A stretch of 63,812 nt of DNA, filler included, from Choristocarpus tenellus KU-1152 (Eukaryota > Protista > Phaeophyceae), in assembly GCA_964200185.2 (NCBI GenBank). It is 10 parts of 10 records of this genome, joined end to end, with 100 filler letters (N's around TTAATTAATTAA, not from the genome) between each part and the next. Parts side by side here need not be neighbours in the genome. Positions count along the whole stretch, not along the records: positions 1 to 4,159 come from CAXNAD020015921.1; positions 4,260 to 7,375 come from CAXNAD020022217.1; positions 7,476 to 10,368 come from CAXNAD020023858.1; positions 10,469 to 20,578 come from CAXNAD020003146.1; 6 more parts are not named here. One strand, written 5' to 3'. The position numbers and the translations under genes are program-made. Shown here piece by piece: positions 1 through 10,970 of this stretch. The notes below the pieces were generated by a model. It was not told the DNA's origin. It was given only the letters and a program-made list of their open reading frames with translations, and did not search any database. The first letter of the stretch is position 1. Each line of letters starts with the position of its first letter.

Positions 1-71
1 ACCCATGGGAAGCCAAGCCCCACAAATGGACAAACAGGGAAAAATTCGTACCCTCTAAGATAATTTCACTC
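1..71 (+). mobile_element. MITE family A, right-end fragment
   Basis: Contains ggaagccaagccccacaaatggacaaacaggg and ends in the TIR accctctaagataatttcactc; matches the full copies at 21004-21261 and 30599-30856. Confidence 0.85.
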
Positions 72-779
72 ATTATTATCAAGAAAACGTGTCGTCTACC
101 TGAAGGGATGTACTCAATTTTCGGCTGGGTGCGTGCTAAGTAGCTAATATGGTCGTAACACTCCATCCATATCATTTCGAGGTACAGAATCAGAAAAGGG
201 TACACGTCCACCGCTGACCAAGGCCTGTCGTCAGTTCACTGCTCAACTCCCGGACATAGAGGAAGAAGTGTGTGTGAGAATTTATGTACCATATGTTTCG
301 ATACATAGCGAAAACAGTATACGACTCTACCTGCTCGTCAACAACAAGGAACTTTCTCTCTTTGCATCATTGATGATTGGGGAATCACTTGATTGCATCC
401 ATTCTTGGTAGAACCGTAGTCGGACGTAGATTTAGTGTTAGAGGCAAGGATAATAGTTAATACCATCATCACTATCGTTATTATTACGTTCGCCATCACA
501 TTAATCTGTGGGATTTCAGACCTGTGGTCGAAAATGTAGTCCAAAGGAGGAAATAAATGTACTACTTAAAAAAAGAGAACAAGAACCATAAGAGAAAACC
601 GAACCAGAGGAAGAATAAGAAAAAGTATGGAAAGGAAGAACATATAATATTAAAGAGAAAACGGCTTCACAAAGAAAAACGTGAATGGAAAAGAAGGAAA
701 AGGAACAGAGGATACAAGAGAACAAGACCACAAAGAAGAAGCAATCAGCAAACAGTAATGGCAGCGGCGGTGGTGGTCG

Positions 780-2270
780 TCTGGCGAACTTATCTGCTGC
801 TTTGGTGTGGCGTGCGGTAGCTAGCGGAGCTTCCCTGGGTTGCGATTCGGCCATGAACCTCGTTGTGCCATTAGCCACACACTCATGCACTCCTGTTGGT
901 TGGTGACTCTCTTCCTCCAACCTTCAACTCCAACCCCAAAGTTGTCAAGGTCGTCTTGGAGACTATTCCACCAGTTCTTCTCCTGTTCAACTTGCTTTCG
1001 CTTTCTACTCACAAGCTCTCAAATTACCAATATCTTGGGAAGTCGCTCATCCCATATGAGAGCAACTAACCCAACAAGGAGGAACCTCTGTTTGCACACC
1101 ATTGTCTCGATGCTCTCACACAGTCTTTATGAGAATGACTTTGTGGGATAGGACATGACCGGTGCGTTCCTGTGTTCTTGCAGACACCTATGCAGTGGAG
1201 GAGGAATTTGTGGTGGTGTGAGTAGACCTTCAGATGATGAGCTTATCCTTATCCTCAATAGGAGGGAGAAGGCACGTAGCCTCTGTCTATAATGGTAATA
1301 CAATCGGACTGAATGATCTGGTCTACTTCACAAGCACTATCATCATCCTGGCCAAACCTCCTTGGGTCTTGGAGGCAATACCCGCATCATCAGCATTTAG
1401 CCTACCCCACAGAAGTAGCTCAAGTGTTATCCCATCTCCTCCTCTGACATATCGTACTGCCAACTAAACTGAAACCCTACTCTTATATTGCTTAATAATA
1501 CCCGAAAAGGGTGTAAGCGCCACATAGAACTGCAAAACAAGTCTTCAATCTGGTCTCGAAAGATTAGCATCATATTTGACAAATACGTTCAAGGCTCCAC
1601 GGGTCTCATAGAACTACAACGGAATATTCTATCTTGTACTATAGGAGTCAAAATATCCTACACAACCCAGGATCAGGGACCCTATCAACGTCCATCTAAC
1701 AAATTACTTAAACTAGAAAAATCGGCATATTGAACCACCTCACGAGCCAAACCAGTTGGGAGGTAGGCAGGTTTGGACTCTTTTTCATTTTAAGTAATCT
1801 TTCTCACTCTGTGCAGAACACTCTACTTCATTGCCTTACGTGTACAATGATGTACTCAACATTGATGTTCCCCGTTTCCTCACACAAGGACTTCACGATC
1901 AAGTAAAGCCTCTTTCTGCGCCTGCACAAACTAGAGTATATGGGATCCTTGTTAGGATCCTTAAAATGCAACACTGCCTGCCTCTCGATTGGTCTGAGAC
2001 TCTCACGTAGTTCTCAGCGTCTAGACTTTCGTCACCTATACTAAAATTATGTGAAACCCGAAGCACTACCCACCCAATTCCACACTCAAATCTTTGCTGG
2101 GTAGAAATATTCCTTACAAAACTCAGTGCATTTACAGATTCCATTGCTATTTCTTCGAAGTATTTTGTTTGAAATGAAGAACTAGAGATGGTTGGCCCAC
2201 ATGGAGGTAGATACGTCATCTCTGAAGGGGACACAAGTCCGACATGAAGACAAAAATTGGTCAATTAAGA
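780..2270 (-). mobile_element. Decayed RTE-like non-LTR retrotransposon (RT and C-terminal region, frameshifted, internally deleted)
   Basis: Minus-strand segments in the expected order: DESLDAENYVRVS (resembles KDRTECGNYRGIS); WGRLNADDAGIASKTQGGLARMMIVLV (YADD RT core, near 1395); HHHKFLLHCIG; ESIETMVCKQRFLLVGLVALIWDERLPKILVI; QEKNWWNSLQDDLDNFGV; NGTTRFMA. Boundaries approximate. Confidence 0.8.
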
Positions 2271-2918
2271 AGAGTGAGTGGAAGAGTTGGAGGTGGAGAA
2301 GTGTTTGTTGTTATTACTTCACATTTCTTCTTAATCCTACACAACCTCTGGAAAAAGTCAATGGGTACAATCACAAGTAGAACAAATCAACACCATTCAG
2401 AACAGTAGTGTGACGATGTAATCGATTAACATGAAAAATACACTACCAACCGCGACGATACATACACGTGAAAGAATGAATCAGTGTGTGGAGGGTGATC
2501 ACTTTCGGGTTACTTGTGAAAAAGAGGTCCGGTTGGATATATCAGTGCCAGCATTCCGTCAAACACAACCCTAGCACTGACCAAAAAGAGGGGAATTTCG
2601 ATACGGCAGTTGGTGCAATCTGACAGGCGAACACGACTTACTACCAGAAATGGCACTTATGTCTACAATACGACTTCATCCCTCTATATAATTTAGGTAC
2701 TAGGTAGGATTTTGTTTTGTTATCAACTTGTACAAACCCGACATAGTTGCTATATAATACCTCGCAAAAAAGTTCCTTAGAGTTTTAGCGAGTGTGATAG
2801 TGTGCTACAGGTTTTAGAATCCTGCAAAACTAGCTTCCGATACTAATCGCGACGGCTACTACCTAGTTTGGTGTTCTGATCTGAGATACGACATACGAGA
2901 GAGTATTATTAACAAATC

Positions 2919-2926
2919 TATATATA
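2919..2926 (+). promoter_or_regulatory. TATA-like element upstream of the tRNA gene
   Basis: TATATATA lies 24-31 nt upstream of the tRNA 5' end, where TBP/TFIIIB binds in many Pol III genes. Confidence 0.45.
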
Positions 2927-2949
2927 GCAGAGAGGGCAGAAGGAATCTA

Positions 2950-3022
2950 GCCGGAGTAGCTCAGTCGGTAGAGCGTACGACTTTTAATCGTATGGTCGTG
3001 GGTTCGAGCCCCACCTTCGGTG
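2950..3022 (+). tRNA. trnK-UUU: tRNA-Lys (anticodon UUU)
   Basis: 73-nt cloverleaf: acceptor GCCGGAG/CTTCGGT, D arm GCTC..GAGC, anticodon stem TACGA-CT TTT AA-TCGTA, T arm GTGGG-TTCGAGC-CCCAC; intact A and B boxes; no encoded CCA; T-runs downstream. Confidence 0.97.
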
Positions 3023-3353
3023 TTTATTGGTTATTCATAATAGGTACCTTTCAATTTCTTTTTATTTCAAAAAATTATCTCAGTGTGGTTGGTATAATTG
3101 AAAGGCGTTATCGCGAGAAATAAGTAATATCGGCACCCTTTGTTGTATGCTCTGTCCTCCAGTGCAATTGATCGAGTGCAACACAGTACAATCAGTGATT
3201 AGTATGAGAAGTAGTGAGTGCACTATGTAATAATGCCTCAGACTATTTCCTCTGACCACAGGTTGGAATGATCCACAGATGAAAGTGAAGAAATTATAAA
3301 TATATATGATACCCTCCCCCCATGACAGCATCTATAAAATATCTGTGGGCATC

Positions 3354-3715
3354 TAACAGCCGATTTCAAAAATTGAGGATGGAGCTTTTCATTGAGGATG
3401 GGCTTGACCCAAAATTGACTGGGATAAAGTGTCGATAGTATCAGGTACTATTTCCTCCTCAGAATAGTACGTTTTTTTACTATCCAAATATTTTTGTACT
3501 AAAACTATAGCTTCTAAAACTTTATTATTTTTAATATTTCCAGACGAAAATTTTAGATTTTTAACAATTGGAGCTAGTATTCTCCTATAATGATTTACAT
3601 AAGAACGTCTCATATAGTGATATTGCCATACTATCGACACTTTATCCCAGTCAATTTTGGGTCAAGCCCATCCTCAATGAAAAGCTCCATCCTCAATTTT
3701 TGAAATCGGCTGTTA
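3354..3715. mobile_element. Non-autonomous TIR element (TA-flanked, perfect 86-bp TIRs) carrying 186-bp cargo
   Basis: 3354-3441 and 3628-3715 are exact reverse complements (88 bp including the outer TA). Each arm contains ATTGAGGATGG twice. A TA target is typical of IS630/Tc1/mariner elements. Confidence 0.85.
3442..3627 (-). pseudogene. Fragment of a bacterial-type Tn3-family transposase (TnpA, central region)
   Basis: Stop-free frame QYHYMRRSYVNHYRRILAPIVKNLKFSSGNIKNNKVLEAIVLVQKYLDSKKTYYSEEEIVP fits the pattern MRxSYxxHYRRxL..L.FxSxN...V.xA..L...Y....Y..E.VP that I recall from Tn3-family TnpA. Hand count 50/186 GC (about 27%). Confidence 0.7.
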
Positions 3716-3875
3716 TCTGATGATGATATATTTGTGTGCGTTTCTTTGTATAGGGAGGATTTCTTGCCTCCCTCACGACATTTTGCAAATGTGGATGGTA
3801 TAAAACACGAAAAATTGTGATGAAACGCTTCAAATAAACAACACAAAAAGAAAACCCGATCGTTCTTTGCTGATA

Positions 3876-3990
3876 TGTTACAGGCGCCCTTCAGAACTCA
3901 CCTCCACAGGATGTACAACTCGAATCTAACGACCTTAAAACGACGCTATGAGGGCATTGCCTTTTACAACGGGTCGTAGGGTATCTGATA
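3876..3990 (+). repeat. LTR-like dispersed repeat beginning TGTTACAGGCGCCC, copy 1
   Basis: About 115 bp similar to 39889-40002 (tgttacaggcgccc..acctccacaggatgta..gtcgt..ggtat); TG start typical of an LTR. Confidence 0.55.
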
Positions 3991-4159
3991 GCCTTTCTCT
4001 TGATACTCCACCCAGTGCTTAGCTCAAAGCTTGACTCAATGTTTCGCTCAAAAGATAAAGACTGAGGCATAAGCGAGGTAGAAGTGTTATCGCTTGAACT
4101 CTCTTATTATTTTCACCATTCACCCAATTTCGTTGGTCTTCTATCAACTACTCTATCGG

Positions 4160-4259
4160 NNNNNNNNNNNNNNNNNNNNNNNNNNNNNNNNNNNNNNNNN
4201 NNNTTAATTAATTAANNNNNNNNNNNNNNNNNNNNNNNNNNNNNNNNNNNNNNNNNNNN
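4160..4259. other. Artificial contig linker (44N-TTAATTAATTAA-44N)
   Basis: Identical 100-nt spacer with stop codons in all six frames. Also at 7376-7475, 10369-10468, 20579-20678, 31356-31455, 40003-40102, 53759-53858, 56569-56668 and 60937-61036. Confidence 0.98.
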
Positions 4260-4409
4260 CAGGACCACAGGTTCATCGAGAAGACGATAGCAATTTCTGT
4301 ACCCAGAACGCCTTCGATGCTTCCCTGAGGTGGGGAGTAGGGGGGGGCTATGGCGTTGGGGGTTGGGGAAGTACACCTCAGCCCTATTCCCCTACGTGTT
4401 CTACACTTA

Positions 4410-4801
4410 GGTCAACACCCTCCAATAATGCCTCTGCAGCCTACATGTGCCAAGAGGGCTCTGGTGTGTCCTGGAATAGGGACACGAGGGAGGGGGTGGG
4501 AAGCGATGTCCATGAATTACCAGATCTTGCAGTGTGTCCTGGACCTCAATCTCCAGCCATGAGCACTTCCACATTGGACCAGGCCTCTGGTACATCGATC
4601 ATGACAGGGATGGGAGTGTCTGTGAGCAGGGGAGCAACCTCATTGGACAACACGAATGGAACGGTGACTGATCACTATGCAATTGCTTTAGCAACGAATG
4701 AAGTTTCAGGGAGTCAACCAGGCAACCATGAGCGTCCACTATGTATTGCAAACCCACCTGTTCCTAACCAAGCAGAGTCTAAAAAGCGCAAGAAAAGCTG
4801 A
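4410..4801 (+). CDS. Possible terminal exon of a hypothetical protein (ends SKKRKKS, NLS-like)
   Basis: Acceptor cacttag| followed by an open frame to TGA at 4801; possible upstream exon ending near 4329 (gag|gtgggg). No recognisable domain. Confidence 0.3.
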
Positions 4802-6933
4802 ACTGAAACCACAAAGTACAAGGTGAGGTAAAGTCCTCCATTGTTCAATTTTGGTACTCCCTACATTGTTCTTTTCCAGTCCAAATGCTCAGTAGGGGAT
4901 TGGGTCATGATACAGCAACACCAATCTCAAATCTCAACTTGCCATCAGGAAGAATGAACTGTAAGCAGTCTGGATGGTTTAAATGTATGTGTGGATGTGG
5001 AGGTGTAACATGGGCATTGTGTGGCCTCATTATTTATAGCTTTTCTTAAAGGCAAGCGTGGAGCTATGACCTAACAGGTGAAGACTGAGTTGGAGGTTGA
5101 CCATGTAACCTCAAAGCAAGTCTTAGAAAGTGAGACATACAAAGAAAACCTCCACATGGAAGGGCATATATTGATGATGAATCTTTGATAAATATAACTA
5201 CACAATTGTACAGTCATAACCAATCACAGTAGCACTAAGTCCATCTCAGTCTTCGCCATTCTCAGAATAACCCTCTCAACAAAGACAACCAGGGCAACTT
5301 CAATTATGCTTTCACAGATGCACCCTTGACTGCATCATCAACAAGAATAAGATGCGGCAGCACAAGATGCAAGTTTCCTTTCATTACTCACACCCAGTGT
5401 CCCTGCCAATCCCCTACTGAGTGCATTTTTTTCACATGAACAATGATGAAATACTTGCAGGTATTCTGTGTGTACCACCTTCTGTAGTAACTGCTGATAT
5501 ATATCTGATATTGAAGGTGCCTCAATCCAAAGCAGAGAAAAACATCGCCCTGTGAATTACAGTTTCTCAAAAATACTGAATCACTTCCTTGCTCATTCTA
5601 GTAAGAAATACTTCGCATTTAGCTATATTCTTTACCTGGTGCATTCATGAGTCTCATTGTCACTTTCCATCATCATTGTATCCTTTACCCCAGCATTAAT
5701 CAAGGCCTTTTGACTTTTGAAACCAGAACAAGATTTTCCCGGAATGGAATTATTTTGACTGTTCCGTTAAGCGAGACGAGGCTAAAATGCTATTTATTTC
5801 TCATATATACTGTATTTTTGTGGTGGCAAGGATGTTGAAATGAGTCCTTATTTTGTGCAGCACCATTCACGGGTACGTAATCTGTTGGCAATTAAGGCTT
5901 GTAGTAGCCATGACCGTGACTCAATGATAATGCCTGTTGACTTTTTTTGGGTTAGCACATTTTTTGTGACAATTTGTTTTGTTTTCTGGACAACTGGTAT
6001 TGCCACCACTAGTAGTAAATACGATAACCACTACCAGCGCTGCCATCACTTCAGTAATAATATCAATATGGAGAGAACATGTGTGCAGCCAATTCTGACA
6101 TGAAGACAAGAAAGTGAGAGGTTATGATCACAGAAGTTTTCCACTGTGCATCATTTTGGTGGTAGTAGCAGAATTCCTTTTCTTCAATTCTGTGATGAAA
6201 ATAATGTCAATTGAATGAGACAATACTTTTTTTCTAGTTAATTATTGTTGTACGACATATGTTACCCAATTACAACGACTACTTAGCGAGACAGGAAGAT
6301 TTCGACCACAGATCATTTGCCAAGACCTTAGGAGATGCCCTCTCTTTTAACTGTATACAAACTTTGAAGATGTGTAGTGTATCACCTCTTGCTAAAAGAG
6401 ATTGCTACTATTTTCTTGTATTACAAAAGAGGGCAAAATTAAAAACTTTTAACCTCACGTCTCTTGAGCAAGTACAAAAACCAACCACATCATGAAGTTA
6501 AATTCCAAGCAACATTTCAAAGGAGTGATACTGAACCGTATCCTTTTCCTAGCCCCTTCCATGAGAGTGCCACTTGCCATCAACCATATAGTTTTAACTG
6601 CTCAGATGTACCAGAAACACACAGCTATCAAGTACTTACTGATTGCCAATACAGTGTAAGGCATCCAGTCAATCAAGTGCAGTCCACAACGTGCACATGA
6701 CACAGCCCAAACAAAATCAAACGCAGAGTATATACATCCTGAGTACTTGCTAATTTACTCCAATGTAATACTAAGGCCTTCTATTCAAAATATGCATCTC
6801 CTGAACAGACACATACCTCACAAAAGAACAATCATCACAGCTGGCACACAAAGTGTCAATACAAAACAAGCCCTAACAGCTGTTTGTGCTCATGCTCCTC
6901 TCATTACTACGACAACATTGAACACGAACCTCT

Positions 6934-7020
6934 TCACAACCTGTTCATGGAGGTCATATCAACTGACTGCACCTCCTCATTAAAGCTCTCTATCGCATCA
7001 GTGATGTCCTCCACACCCAC
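6934..7020 (-). CDS. EF1B: Translation elongation factor 1-beta/delta (EF1B GEF domain), last exon
   Basis: ttttgtccag| VGVEDITDAIESFNEEVQSVDMTSMNRL*; the VQSVD..NxL C-terminus is characteristic of EF1B. Not present in the ORF track. Confidence 0.88.
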   Translation of the reverse strand: MGVEDITDAIESFNEEVQSVDMTSMNRL

Positions 7021-7578
7021 CTGGACAAAAAGATGAGGCCGTGATCAATCGCCATCCAATTGGCACTGTAACTAAGGGCATACTAAATAACATTGCCATT
7101 CTCCTAACTACCTCAATTAGTGTCCCAAACGACTGAAGCACACCAAAATAATTCCATACGAAAGTTGTAAATACCACCTAACTGCTAGGCTGTACACAAA
7201 GGGCTAAAAATTGTTTGAGTAGAAGGTATCATGTTAGGTCACACATGCCTGTGGAACAATAGGAAGAAAACAACTCCCCATTCATCGTCCCCCCCTCCCC
7301 CCAAAATCCCCCTCATATTTTAAAGTACAATTTTTTGAACTGATAAAAAAGTGGTCATTTTAAAATTGGCAACAANNNNNNNNNNNNNNNNNNNNNNNNN
7401 NNNNNNNNNNNNNNNNNNNTTAATTAATTAANNNNNNNNNNNNNNNNNNNNNNNNNNNNNNNNNNNNNNNNNNNNTTATTTAAAATATATTATTTTGTTT
7501 TATTTTCTTGCTATTTTAACTTCCTCACCTTTTTTAAATTTGATTTGAGTGGGGGGGGGGGGGGGGGGGGGGGTGGGG

Positions 7579-7727
7579 GGGTTAGGGTTAGGGATGATGT
7601 TGTCGTGGATGATGTCGAGTGGGATTGATGGGTTAATTAGGTTGAGAGAATACCCCTGGTGGTTGTAGTTAAAGGTTAGGATAGGGTTAGGGTAGGGTTA
7701 TGGTAGGGTTAGGGTTAGGGTTAGGGT
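7579..7727 (+). repeat. Interstitial telomere-like TTAGGG repeats after a poly-G run
   Basis: gggttagggttaggg blocks at about 7579-7593 and 7670-7727, with variant units. Confidence 0.7.
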
Positions 7728-8147
7728 TTTGTTTCGAGTATGCTGTTTTTGATGGTATCACCTTTTCTTTTATTGTTATTGTCTTAGTTAATCTTTATTT
7801 AAAAATCTACGTAATAATTAGAAACAAATATGTTTTTTCTTTGTTTCAAGATTTTACCTATTAAAAAAAAAATTGTATGTAGTCCTTGACCCTGACGCGA
7901 TTTTTACGATGGTGTTTTAAGTAAATGAGATATTGAGCTAGCTAATACGTCCTTTGAAAAAAATAGACAACGAACTCCGATGCAATGATATATATTAACC
8001 TTGTAGTAGATGCTAGTTTGGTTAATCAAGATTACAGATGTTGTCGCTGGAAGGGGATATTTTAGTATATATTCCACATTACTAGTGTATATCAAAATAA
8101 TATATTATTGTATTTTGTGATAGAATAATATGGGATATATATATATA

Positions 8148-8290
8148 TACTGCTACAGTATTCCAGAATAATATACGCTAGTATTGCATGTATTTAATGG
8201 AGTTTTTATCGTATACATTTCATACATTTTCATACTGCAGTATTCCAGAATAATATACTCTAGCATTGAATGTATTTAATGGAGTTTTTA
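8148..8290 (+). repeat. Two-copy direct repeat of about 58 bp
   Basis: cagtattccagaataatata..tgtatttaatggagtttttat occurs twice, about 81 bp apart. Confidence 0.75.
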
Positions 8291-8395
8291 TAACACGACT
8301 AAAAGCTCCAATCTTTTAAAAATATATATTTCCAGCTCTAGCCCTGCATTGATTCATCAGTAAGACGCATCAGAGTGTTGCACAAAGGTTGAGTG

Positions 8396-8527
8396 AGGGT
8401 TGGGGTTGGGGTTGGGGTTAGGATCAGGGTAAAGGTTAGTGTTGGGGTTGGGGTTGGGGTTAGGGTTAGGATCAGGGTAAAGGTTAGGGTTAGGATCAGG
8501 GTAAAGGTTAGGGTTAGGGTAAGGGTT
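8396..8527 (+). repeat. Degenerate telomere-like hexamer array (TTAGGG/TTGGGG/TCAGGG/TAAAGG)
   Basis: Hexamer periodicity; the higher-order unit gttaggatcagggtaaaggttag occurs three times. Confidence 0.8.
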
Positions 8528-8648
8528 GACACAGAAAAAAGGGGACGACGAAGAAACGATTGTTAAGGACTAAGCTAAGCCTGTAACCTCAATACGGCCC
8601 TTTCTTGGAATGGGGCATTTTTTCACTTTTTAAATGTGTGTCAAACAG

Positions 8649-8726
8649 ACTCCAAGAGCGTTTTACCTGGATTCTTTGTCTGACCTGGTGATGGCGTACC
8701 TCAAAGTCAGCTGCACGCCTGATATG
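8649..8726 (+). CDS. Isolated internal exon of an unknown gene (TPRAFYLDSLSDLVMAYLKVSCTPDM)
   Basis: aaacag| ... |gtgagt splice sites around a 78-nt open frame in otherwise AT-rich DNA. Confidence 0.45.
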
Positions 8727-8949
8727 GTGAGTGAAACCTCGTGTGTGTTGTTTACTACTGAAGTAGCTTTGGTAGCGTGTGTTTAAATTTTTTTAAGTCT
8801 CTATGTGTTGTATAATATAAAATAAAATAAAATAAAATAAAATGAAGTTGTTGTGCCAAGTGGTAAGTGTTGTACCATGCCGGTTTTTGCTTGATGAACG
8901 GCTTGATGTGTGTCTGTAGAGGAGGTTTTGTCTGGAATGGTGCTATTGT

Positions 8950-9710
8950 GTGTCAACTCTTCTTCTTCTTACGCTTGTTGTTTTCATCATTATTGTTCTT
9001 ATTATCATTATTGTTACTTAGTTTTATTATTATTATTCTGTCGTTGTTATTGTCATCATTTTTGTTCTTATTATCATTATTGTTACTTATTTTTGTTATT
9101 ATCATAATTTTTGTTATCATTTTACTATTCTTAATATTGATGTTATTATTGTTACTTGATATTGTTGTTATTCTCATCATTTTCCTTATTGTTATTATTA
9201 TTCTTAAAATGTTATCATTATTATTATATACTTTCTTTCATCATAGAATATTGTTTTCAAATACATATATATATATATATAGCCAACATCAATAAATTAT
9301 TCAATATATTTACTTCCTTTCATGGATGTATATTTTCATGCTTGTGATGCTACAGAGTTATAAGTGTGTCTATTACCCCCCTTGTTCTTGCATGATTTTC
9401 TTTTTATGAATGTGTACACACATGTACTTGTACATTTCACTTATCATGTTAGTAGGTGATGTATGTATGTTTGCATATTTTTAAAATAAGAACAAATTCA
9501 AATATTCTTCTGATTGAACTATTGCCAATGACAATATTATTTTTACTATGCTTTTTGTTTATTTACTATGATAGCAGTATTTAAATATTGTATAAAATAT
9601 TCTTAGTATTATTATTACTATTACTCTACCTTTATTTATTTACTATGGTAGTAGCAATATTTAATTATTGTATAAATATTATTATTATTACTATTACTAT
9701 TACTCTACCT
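8950..9710. repeat. Low-complexity (TTA/TTG/TCA)n microsatellite-rich tract
   Basis: Long imperfect trinucleotide runs that generate spurious Leu/Ile-rich and Asn-rich ORFs. Confidence 0.8.
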
Positions 9711-10100
9711 TTTTGTGTATTATGGTAGTAGAAAGTTTATTTTCAAATCAATCACCAGTGCAGTTTTTAATTGAAAAAACTTTCATGCTCTTCTCTAATT
9801 TATTCTTTTCTTTCTTTTCTGTTATTTTTATTTGATTTTTATTACCTCAACTTTACCTGATTTGTTCACATTCTCTCTCTGTTTGCGTTTGTTTGTGTAC
9901 TTTTTTATTCTTTTTTATTTTTGAGAATGACTTTGAACTACCTATCACAAGAGGGGAGCAGATTGACCAGGTGAGAGAGGGAGGATATTATTTTCTTTAT
10001 GTGGTGTACCATCAATACAACGGCAGTCGCATCTCAATGTTGGGTATAAACAGAGGTTGGGATTGAGATGTATTTTTATTTAACAGTGCAATGTAGATGT

Positions 10101-10368
10101 ATGGTATATGTACACATATACTCAAACACACATGGTACATGTACATACACTCATACACACATGGTACATGTACATACACTCAATACACACATGGTGTATG
10201 TACATACATTCAAACACACATGGTGTATGTACATCCTCCATACACACATGGTATATGTACATACACTCGTACACACATGGTATATGTACATCCTCCATAC
10301 ACACATGGTATATGTACATACACTCGTACACACATGGTATATATACATACACTCATACACACATGGTG
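10101..10368 (+). repeat. Minisatellite with a unit of about 29 bp (acacatggtatatgtacatacactcgtac), about 9 copies, running into the contig end
   Basis: Direct tandem units with small variants and no unique spacers. Confidence 0.9.
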
Positions 10369-10468
10369 NNNNNNNNNNNNNNNNNNNNNNNNNNNNNNNN
10401 NNNNNNNNNNNNTTAATTAATTAANNNNNNNNNNNNNNNNNNNNNNNNNNNNNNNNNNNNNNNNNNNN

Positions 10469-10644
10469 CCAAAATCCAATGTTGCAATTTTGATGTAATT
10501 TTGGCTATCATGTTTGTTAGGAGATGTCAATATCCTACTCAGAAACATTTTGGAGTAGGTAAAATGTCATTAAAAACCAGTGGGAAGCCAAGCCCTAAAT
10601 GGACAAACAGGGCAAAACTTGTACCCTCTAAGATACTTTAACTC
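10469..10644 (+). mobile_element. MITE family A, partial (contig start)
   Basis: Ends in the TIR accctctaagatactttaactc; body matches the other A copies. Confidence 0.85.
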
Positions 10645-10970
10645 TTTCTGTACTACTTATGTCTTACGTTCAAAGAGTTCTAAGGTGCAATATACACAAC
10701 ACTTTGAGTTGGAGCTTATACTCTAATAAGGAGTGGCTCTAACTTGAATTGTGGGTATGCTTCCAGTCTCTTCTGGGTTGCTCTCTTAGCCTTAGCCATA
10801 GCGTCAACAAGAGATTATTTTGCAAGAGTGAAATACAGTTAGAGGAGAAACATTATGGCCGCTTCGTTCAAGAACTCTACCAAATCAAATCTTGCTGTGC
10901 AACTATTTGGCATATTTCCTGATGCGGTTTGGGCCAAGTCGGCACTCACAAACTGTACTGTTACTCCCAC

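Noticed and set aside
516-920. Lys/Arg-rich and Phe/Ser-rich ORFs
   Set aside because: Purine-rich low-complexity sequence next to the LINE 3' end; no domain or splice support.
3354-3715. Whole element as a bacterial Tn3 derivative or a contaminant contig
   Set aside because: The ends lack the GGGG Tn3 terminus and a 5-bp TSD, and the flanks carry a LINE, a MITE A end and a eukaryote-type tRNA gene.
4204-4215. TTAATTAATTAA as a biological motif
   Set aside because: It is always centred between two 44-N blocks; it is a six-frame-stop assembly linker.
8867-9347. Leu/Ile-rich membrane-like ORF and Asn-rich antisense ORF
   Set aside because: Products of TTA/TTG microsatellite sequence.
10068-10424. 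Several His/Thr/Tyr-rich ORFs on both strands
   Set aside because: They are translations of the 29-bp minisatellite running into N.
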